From IMG/VR virus record IMGVR_UViG_3300012208_000002: a DNA stretch of 39,058 bases; one strand, given 5' to 3'. The notes under the pieces are model-generated. The model was not told the origin of the DNA, did no database searches, and worked only from the letters and a program-made list of their open reading frames with translations. The position numbers were made by a program, and so were the translations under genes. Within the stretch, counting starts at the first letter, position 1. Each line of letters opens with the position of its first letter. This DNA is from a virus (taxonomy: Duplodnaviria; Heunggongvirae; Uroviricota; Caudoviricetes). Shown in pieces: positions 13,764 to 19,000 of this stretch.

Positions 13764-14186
13764 ATGAGTAGTTCAGATAACGATAGGAACAGACGCAGGA
13801 GTGACTTCTTAGGTGTGTCGTTTAGTACGGCCACATTTAAATTAAGAAAGAAAATTTTATTCCATCTTCTTAAAAAGCACCAAGAAGATGTTTGCTCTCA
13901 GTGCGGTAAAAAGATTGAGACGATAGAAGAATTGAGTATTGAGCATTTAAAGCCGTGGGAAGGAATTTCTGTTGACCTGTTTTGGGATATCGAAAACATA
14001 GCGTTTTCTCATATTCGTTGTAATGTACCGCATAAATACAATAACGGTCAATTAAAGCCCAGGCCCGACGGAGCAGACTGGTGCGGCCCAGGGCAGCATT
14101 TCGCTCCCGTTGAAGATTTTTACAAGAGCAAATGGTATCATACAGGAAGGCAGAAGTGGTGTAAAATTCACCGTCCTGCTAGATAA
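13764..14186 (+). CDS. HNH endonuclease-like protein
   Basis: CSQCG...SIEHLKPW...NIAFSHIRCN; GGAGG RBS before MSSS. Confidence 0.8.
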   Translation: MSSSDNDRNRRRSDFLGVSFSTATFKLRKKILFHLLKKHQEDVCSQCGKKIETIEELSIEHLKPWEGISVDLFWDIENIAFSHIRCNVPHKYNNGQLKPRPDGADWCGPGQHFAPVEDFYKSKWYHTGRQKWCKIHRPAR

Positions 14187-14194
14187 TTTTGAGT

Positions 14195-14280
14195 TTGCAC
14201 GTTACTGTTTTGGCTTCAGCATGCGTTGAGAGTCAAGGCGTCAACTGAGACCGTCTACCGCATGTAGAACGGGAGTGCAA
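14195..14280 (+). ncRNA. putative pseudoknotted RNA
   Basis: TTGCAC/GTGCAA, GTTGA/TCAAC, CCGT-CTAC-CGCAT-GTAG-A-ACGG; loop CGCAT complementary to upstream ATGCG. Confidence 0.45.
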
Positions 14281-14287
14281 TTAATAT

Positions 14288-14362
14288 GGCGATATCGTCC
14301 AGTGGCTAGGACGGGTGACTTTCAATCACCAAACCAGGGTCCGATTCCCTGTATCGCTACCA
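14288..14362 (+). tRNA. trnE: tRNA-Glu (TTC)
   Basis: cloverleaf, T-loop TCCGATT, CCA. Confidence 0.92.
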
Positions 14363-14411
14363 ATATGTTTCACTATACGGACACATGTGTCTTTATAGCG
14401 AGATAAGTAAT

Positions 14412-14496
14412 GCGCTAGTGGTGGAACGGCAGACACGCCAGTCTTAGAAACTGGTTCTGAAAACGAGTGGGGGTTCAAATCCCTCCTGGCGCACCA
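14412..14496 (+). tRNA. trnL: tRNA-Leu (TAG)
   Basis: cloverleaf with variable arm, CCA. Confidence 0.93.
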
Positions 14497-14505
14497 AATT
14501 TCTGT

Positions 14506-14580
14506 TGCGGTGTATAGTTCTGGTGAACTTCGAGGTCTCATAAGCCTTGCAGGAAAGTTCGATTCTTTTCGCCGCTACCA
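14506..14580 (+). tRNA. trnM: tRNA-Met (CAT), initiator-like
   Basis: 1:72 mismatch (T/T), loop CTCATAA, CCA. Confidence 0.8.
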
Positions 14581-14585
14581 ATTTA

Positions 14586-14663
14586 CGCTGAGAGGTCCAC
14601 CGGAAAGTGGACGGCGGTCTCATAAACCGTAACAGGTTGGTTCGACTCCAACTTCAGCGACCA
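14586..14663 (+). tRNA. tRNA with CAT anticodon (elongator Met or Ile2)
   Basis: cloverleaf, D-stem extendable to 6 bp GTCCAC/GTGGAC, CCA. Confidence 0.85.
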
Positions 14664-14669
14664 ATTCGA

Positions 14670-14743
14670 GCGGCTGTGGTTCAGTGGTAGAATTCGTCCT
14701 TGCCAAGGATGAGATACGGGTCCGATTCCCGTCAGCCGCTCCA
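14670..14743 (+). tRNA. trnG: tRNA-Gly (GCC)
   Basis: cloverleaf, U73, T-loop TCCGATT, CCA. Confidence 0.92.
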
Positions 14744-14752
14744 AGTTCACGC

Positions 14753-14820
14753 GCCTGTCAAGGCATTGGGGTCGCCCCAGAATACTGACCTTCCGACTAG
14801 TAAGCCCGCGAGGGGACTAG
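14753..14820 (+). ncRNA. three-hairpin structured spacer
   Basis: GCCT/AGGC, TGGGG/CCCCA, CTAGT..CCC-GCGA-GGG..ACTAG. Confidence 0.3.
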
Positions 14821-14830
14821 CAAAAATTTT

Positions 14831-14929
14831 ATGAGCAAAGAAAAAGAATGTTTAGATTGTAAAGTTCCAGTACGTGAGTCCTCAGAAGGACTTCGAAACG
14901 AAGACGGAACTTTTCATATCTGTAAATAA
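14831..14929 (+). CDS. 32-aa micro-ORF with CxxC...HxC (MSKEKECLDCK...)
   Basis: read manually; fills spacer exactly. Confidence 0.45.
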   Translation: MSKEKECLDCKVPVRESSEGLRNEDGTFHICK

Positions 14930-14934
14930 GTTTT

Positions 14935-15008
14935 GCGGGTGTGGTATATAGGTTGTGCCCTGGCCTTCCAAGTCAGAGAAACGAGTCCGAGTCTCGTCAC
15001 CCGCTCCA
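14935..15008 (+). tRNA. trnG: tRNA-Gly (TCC)
   Basis: cloverleaf, U73, T-loop TCCGAGT, CCA. Confidence 0.9.
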
Positions 15009-15013
15009 AGTTT

Positions 15014-15087
15014 AGGCTGTTAGGACAATGGTAGTCTACTCGCCTCCAAATCGAGTGATGGGAGTTCAATTCTCTCACGGCCTGCCA
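15014..15087 (+). tRNA. trnW: tRNA-Trp (CCA)
   Basis: cloverleaf, G73, CCA. Confidence 0.9.
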
Positions 15088-15096
15088 AATTTGCAA

Positions 15097-15197
15097 ACGC
15101 TGCTGGTCAGCGGTGTTAGCGGGGTTAGCGCCCCGATGACCTATTTCGGTAACTTCCGAGCGCCTTATGCCGGGCGAGATGGCTTGAAACCCAAGGC
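15097..15197 (+). ncRNA. putative multi-hairpin RNA
   Basis: CGCTG/CAGCG, CGGGG/CCCCG, TCGG/CCGA, CGCC/GGCG hairpins in series. Confidence 0.35.
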
Positions 15198-15208
15198 TAT
15201 AATTTTAT

Positions 15209-15284
15209 GGTCCCGTGGTCTAACGGAAAAGGCAACAGCCTTCTAAGCTGAAAGATGAGTGTTCGATTCACTCCGGGACTACCA
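15209..15284 (+). tRNA. trnR: tRNA-Arg (TCT)
   Basis: cloverleaf, CCA. Confidence 0.92.
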
Positions 15285-15289
15285 GTTTT

Positions 15290-15365
15290 GGTTCTGTAGC
15301 TCAAACGGAAAGAGCATCTGCCTCCTAAGCGGGAGATGACGATTCGAGTTCGTCCAGGACCACCA
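15290..15365 (+). tRNA. trnR: tRNA-Arg (CCT)
   Basis: cloverleaf, CCA. Confidence 0.92.
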
Positions 15366-15372
15366 GTTTTAT

Positions 15373-15677
15373 TTTGGTAAGCCAGACTGTCGCGGGAAAC
15401 CGAGGAACTTCTGGACATCACTAGACAGAGAGCCGTGGAAGTTGCGGGCCGAGTAATCGGACGGGTAAGGCTTCGTATGTAAGCGAGCGCTGACATTGCA
15501 AAATGTCATCGAGCGCTGACATCATTCAAGCGAAGGCACTCCACTCTCGATGCAATCTCAAATAGGGCTGGAGCGCGTCTAGCGTTATGATAGCCGGGTT
15601 GAGAGCAAAGACGGATGACAGTCAGGTTGACACCTAACAGTGGCGACCGACAGAATCCAGGGTATCGGCTAACCAAA
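15373..15677 (+). ncRNA. rnpB: RNase P RNA (compact, bacterial A-type-like)
   Basis: P1, P2 GACTGTC/GACAGTC, P4 GAGGAACTTCTGGA with TCCAGGGT, CTCCAC...GCAA...CAAATAGGG, ACAGAA 3' motif. Confidence 0.85.
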
Positions 15678-15684
15678 GCATTAC

Positions 15685-15771
15685 GGAGAAGTGGCGAAAT
15701 GGTAGACGCAACGGTTTGCTAAACCGTCGTACCGAAAGGACGTGGGAGTTCAAGTCTCTCCTTCTCCGCCA
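15685..15771 (+). tRNA. trnS: tRNA-Ser (GCT)
   Basis: cloverleaf with variable arm, G73, CCA. Confidence 0.93.
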
Positions 15772-15778
15772 ATTTAAT

Positions 15779-15869
15779 GGAGCGCAGTCGGCAATGGTGC
15801 CCCACTGTCTTGAAAACAGTACTATCCCTTATAAAGGATAACGGAGTTCGATTCTCTGGCGCTCCTCCA
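15779..15869 (+). tRNA. trnS: tRNA-Ser (TGA)
   Basis: cloverleaf with variable arm, U73, CCA. Confidence 0.88.
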
Positions 15870-15875
15870 TTTAAT

Positions 15876-15952
15876 GTCTCAGATGCTGAAGCGGTCGAAG
15901 CGGAAGTCTGCAAAACTTCTCTTAGTCAGTTCGAGTCTGACCTGGGACTCCA
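15876..15952 (+). tRNA. trnC: tRNA-Cys (GCA)
   Basis: cloverleaf, U73, CCA. Confidence 0.9.
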
Positions 15953-15959
15953 ATTTTAT

Positions 15960-16034
15960 TGGCTTGTCGTCTAATCGGTAGGACGAAGGACTTTGAATCC
16001 TTCTATCCAGGTTCGAGTCCTGGTGAGCCAACCA
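15960..16034 (+). tRNA. trnQ: tRNA-Gln (TTG)
   Basis: cloverleaf, U1-A72, CCA. Confidence 0.9.
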
Positions 16035-16041
16035 TTTCAAT

Positions 16042-16116
16042 TGCCCGATCATCTAATTGGTAGGATAGCGGACTCTGAATCCGCGCATCTAGGTTCGAGT
16101 CCTAGTTGGGCAGCCA
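16042..16116 (+). tRNA. trnQ: tRNA-Gln (CTG)
   Basis: cloverleaf, U1-A72, G73, CCA. Confidence 0.92.
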
Positions 16117-16208
16117 ATTTAGCAACACACTGAACAGAGGCTTCGCTAATCCCGAAACAGTGTACATCCTTGTAAGTGCTCTGCCAAGTATCAAGGATGA
16201 GGTGCAAG

Positions 16209-16964
16209 ATGAGAAAATTTCTTGCGTTGTTCACATTAGCTACTTTACTTGTCCTGGGCGGTCTTCTTGTAAAGCCCTGGAATTCATACGAGCCCGAAGC
16301 ACGACTCGCATCTGGTGCGATGTTTTCAGGCAGCGACCGTAGTTTTCACTGTTCTGGCACTGAGATCGGCGCTACAGCAGACGGCGGTGGGATATTCCTG
16401 ACCGCACGTCACTGTGTAGCCGACCCACAGACAAATAAGCTTAACGAGCACTTCGCCGTCTCATTCACAGATAACCAGGGTGGTCCGTTTTATGACGCCA
16501 CGCCTATTGCGCTATCTTTGAGCGACGACCTGGCTCTGCTCTACGTAAAGAATGGCGCTGGTATTCCACAGGTCCGAATTAAGGACGAGCGCAGTCTCCG
16601 TAGTGGCGACCCGATATTCAACGTCTCGTTCCCATTGGGCACGGGCAAGGAACTGTTCCACGGCGAGTACATGCGTGCGAGCTTCCCGACGTTCCCTAGT
16701 ATCATAGCAAGTTATCCGCAGTGGCTGTACGCTATGCCGATGAACATGACTATCGCGCACGGTTCAAGCGGAAGCGGCGTGTTCAGTAATAAGCAGCGTG
16801 CTCTTATTGGAGTTGCCGTAGGAACCTTCGAAGAGGGAACTTACAATATCGCAATTCCAGCAGACCGTGTCCTGGACTTTCTAAACGATTTGAAAGACAA
16901 CACGGTGGAGAAGTTTAAGTATGCTTTTCCAGAAAAAGAACCTAACGAATTCATGATGTTTTAA
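16209..16964 (+). CDS. trypsin-like serine protease with N-terminal membrane anchor/signal
   Basis: LTARHC, DDLALL, HGSSGSG triad motifs; MRKFLALFTLATLLVLGGLLV. Confidence 0.85.
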   Translation: MRKFLALFTLATLLVLGGLLVKPWNSYEPEARLASGAMFSGSDRSFHCSGTEIGATADGGGIFLTARHCVADPQTNKLNEHFAVSFTDNQGGPFYDATPIALSLSDDLALLYVKNGAGIPQVRIKDERSLRSGDPIFNVSFPLGTGKELFHGEYMRASFPTFPSIIASYPQWLYAMPMNMTIAHGSSGSGVFSNKQRALIGVAVGTFEEGTYNIAIPADRVLDFLNDLKDNTVEKFKYAFPEKEPNEFMMF

Positions 16965-16970
16965 TTTTAT

Positions 16971-17059
16971 CGGGGTGTAGTTCCGTAATCTGGCAGCGGT
17001 CTCGCTTTGGAAGCGAGTGGTTAATACCCTTGGAGGTTCAATTCCTCTCACCCCGACCA
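16971..17059 (+). tRNA. trnP: tRNA-Pro (TGG) with extra nucleotides before the D-stem and enlarged variable region
   Basis: CGGGGTG/CACCCCG, loop TTTGGAA, CCA. Confidence 0.8.
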
Positions 17060-17106
17060 TTTTGTTCGAAGAAGTATAGTACTTGGAGTGTAGTATAGGA
17101 GCGCAA

Positions 17107-17391
17107 ATGAACGTTATATCTATGGTAGCTAATCTTGTCAAAGAACGAGATTACTACAAAGAATCATTCATAGAGTGTCAAGCTATCATTAAACAGTTAG
17201 CTGAAGGTCCTGGCGATATCGAATACATTCATCCATTTGATATGTATGATATTCTTAACTCAACGGACGCTAGTGAATTCATCGATGTTTACACGGGTCC
17301 GAAGGATGAAAGAACTTTTACGTTAGGTAAATCTGGAAAGAAATACAAGCAATCTCAGTTCATTCCAGCAAAGTCGAAAAATTTTAAGTAA
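17107..17391 (+). CDS. hypothetical protein
   Basis: AGGAG RBS before MNVISM. Confidence 0.7.
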   Translation: MNVISMVANLVKERDYYKESFIECQAIIKQLAEGPGDIEYIHPFDMYDILNSTDASEFIDVYTGPKDERTFTLGKSGKKYKQSQFIPAKSKNFK

Positions 17392-17392
17392 T

Positions 17393-17471
17393 CGAGAAAT
17401 AGAGGAGCCTGGCTTATCTCGCCCCGTTCGGAACGGGGAGCACGCTGGTCCGAATCCAGCTTTCTCGACCA
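17393..17471 (+). tRNA. trnP: tRNA-Pro (CGG)
   Basis: cloverleaf, T-loop TCCGAAT, CCA. Confidence 0.9.
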
Positions 17472-17477
17472 TATTAT

Positions 17478-17503
17478 AGCCGCCTGATACTTGGGCGGCT
17501 TTT
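17478..17503 (+). terminator. rho-independent terminator closing the tRNA array
   Basis: GCCGCCT/GGGCGGC then TTTT. Confidence 0.7.
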
Positions 17504-17518
17504 GCATTTCAGGGGCAT

Positions 17519-17980
17519 ATGAAGGTATTCCCAATCCTACTATCGCTGCTACTGGGCTGTTCGCCTGTGCATCGTAAAATTTATGGCGGACCCCCGACCT
17601 ACCCTAAGCATGCAAGTCCAGCCGCACAAGGTTTGATAATCGAAGTTTACGGCTCTGAGCGGTACCAGCAAGAGCGGGTCCGTCGCTTAGCAACACACCT
17701 GAACTTTACAGGACAGCCGATGCCTGGTTGGTGGCGCATCGTAATCCTCAGTCGAGCAGACTGGGACGATGCCCTGATTAGATATCACCTCGAAGGCAGA
17801 ACAGCAAGTGCCTTCACGGTAATGAATCAGGACGAAACGTTCGTTAGCGAAGAGTATCTGTTCTTTGCAACGGATGACCGAGTCCAGTTCACTCTAGGAC
17901 ACGAAGCAGGACATTTAATTTGTAGTTGTAGTTCAGAAGACCGAGCAAATCAAATTGCTAGGATTCTGACCAGGCGGTAA
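17519..17980 (+). CDS. lipoprotein-like HExxH metallopeptidase-like protein
   Basis: signal-like LLSLLLGC, TLGHEAGH. Confidence 0.65.
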   Translation: MKVFPILLSLLLGCSPVHRKIYGGPPTYPKHASPAAQGLIIEVYGSERYQQERVRRLATHLNFTGQPMPGWWRIVILSRADWDDALIRYHLEGRTASAFTVMNQDETFVSEEYLFFATDDRVQFTLGHEAGHLICSCSSEDRANQIARILTRR

Positions 17981-18034
17981 AGCACGATTGGTTTGATTGA
18001 GCGGGGCCGACGTGTTCTTTAGTACAGGAGATTT

Positions 18035-18472
18035 ATGACAATCGGAGTACCAACACTATCAGCAAGAACGCAGTATCTCGACTTAGGCGAAAACCTTGAT
18101 GTTTATCAAGTAGTCGGAGTCGGTGGCGCAGTTCTTAGCGCAGAAAACATAACAGGTGTATCTTACGGAACCTTGATGGCTAAGGACGCGCAGACAGCAC
18201 ACGCTGGCGGTGGTCAGGCTAACGGAGTAGTTATCGTAGCGCCTATCACACGATTTTCTGTCGTAGCTTCGGCTGGAGATTCAGCAACACTTCCTCATGC
18301 TCTACCGGGCATGACTATCACTATAATCAATACCACAGCTACATCTATGAATGTTTTCCCTGCACTAGGAGAAACCATTCAAGGTGGAGCGGCTAACGCG
18401 CAGCAAGCTGTTCCAGCAACCACAGCAACTATTTTCTATGCAGTAGCAGCTAACGCATGGTGGATTAAGTAA
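18035..18472 (+). CDS. putative virion structural protein (beta-rich, A/T/G-rich)
   Basis: AGGAGA RBS, composition, context. Confidence 0.65.
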   Translation: MTIGVPTLSARTQYLDLGENLDVYQVVGVGGAVLSAENITGVSYGTLMAKDAQTAHAGGGQANGVVIVAPITRFSVVASAGDSATLPHALPGMTITIINTTATSMNVFPALGETIQGGAANAQQAVPATTATIFYAVAANAWWIK

Positions 18473-18476
18473 TTCT

Positions 18477-18511
18477 GCGGGGCATTCTTAATTGAGTGCC
18501 CCGCTTTTCTT
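18477..18511 (+). terminator. rho-independent terminator
   Basis: GCGGGGCAT/GTGCCCCGC then TTTTCTT. Confidence 0.8.
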
Positions 18512-18630
18512 GTTTCTGGTGGTTTGAGGTACGCATACGTGGACTCGCTTCTGTGCTCGATGCGGTTGTTGGTTGCAGAAAAATACAGGTGAAGTGAAGG
18601 TCTGCTCGTGCGGTTGGATTTGGAGATAAT

Positions 18631-18978
18631 ATGTCAATAGGATTGAGACCACAAGTAAAAACATTACCGATAGCCATTACGGGCGCAGGTGATAATGTTG
18701 TCATCGCTGCGGTAGCTGGAAAACTTATTACTGTAGTCGGAATGATACTAGTCAACGGCGCGGCAACAGCAAATAGCGTTACAGTCAAGGATGGTACAGT
18801 TAATTTATTGAGCGGTCCTATGCCGTTGGGTATAGCGCCGTCTCCTCCATTCATTTTCTCGGATAACGGATCAGAAAATTTTGATTGGTATCAGACAACA
18901 AGTGGAGCAAATAGTTTTATTTTGAATCTTTCCGCAGCCACCCCAGTCGGCGGAACAGTTTGGTATATACAGAATTAA
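18631..18978 (+). CDS. putative small beta-sandwich virion protein
   Basis: ORF track, GGAGA RBS. Confidence 0.7.
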   Translation: MSIGLRPQVKTLPIAITGAGDNVVIAAVAGKLITVVGMILVNGAATANSVTVKDGTVNLLSGPMPLGIAPSPPFIFSDNGSENFDWYQTTSGANSFILNLSAATPVGGTVWYIQN

Positions 18979-19000
18979 ATCGTTAGAATAGGAGACAGCT

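Noticed and set aside
14363-14411. Palindrome GACACATGTGTC and 13-codon ORF
   Set aside because: Single short occurrence with no RBS or supporting context.
2762-15192. Exact 12-mer GGCTTGAAACCC shared by 2762-2773 (minus) and 15181-15192 (plus)
   Set aside because: Many chance 12-mer matches are expected in a two-strand 39-kb comparison; not evidence alone.
16128-16160. Second hammerhead (CTGAACAGAG...CGAAAC)
   Set aside because: The CUGAnGA spacing is wrong and no stem II or NUH site fits.
11009-16234. Many 60-100 aa ORF-track entries across the tRNA array
   Set aside because: They are shadows of tRNA or ncRNA genes, mostly antisense and without RBS.
10283-17471. tRNA array or promoter repeats as a CRISPR array
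   Set aside because: No constant repeat with regular unique spacers and no cas genes; the repeated units are tRNAs.
10283-17471. tmRNA or HDV-like (theta) ribozymes at tRNA 3' ends
   Set aside because: No tmRNA ends with a tag frame were found by eye; tRNAs have encoded CCA and U-rich trailers, and I could not fit an HDV-like nested pseudoknot.
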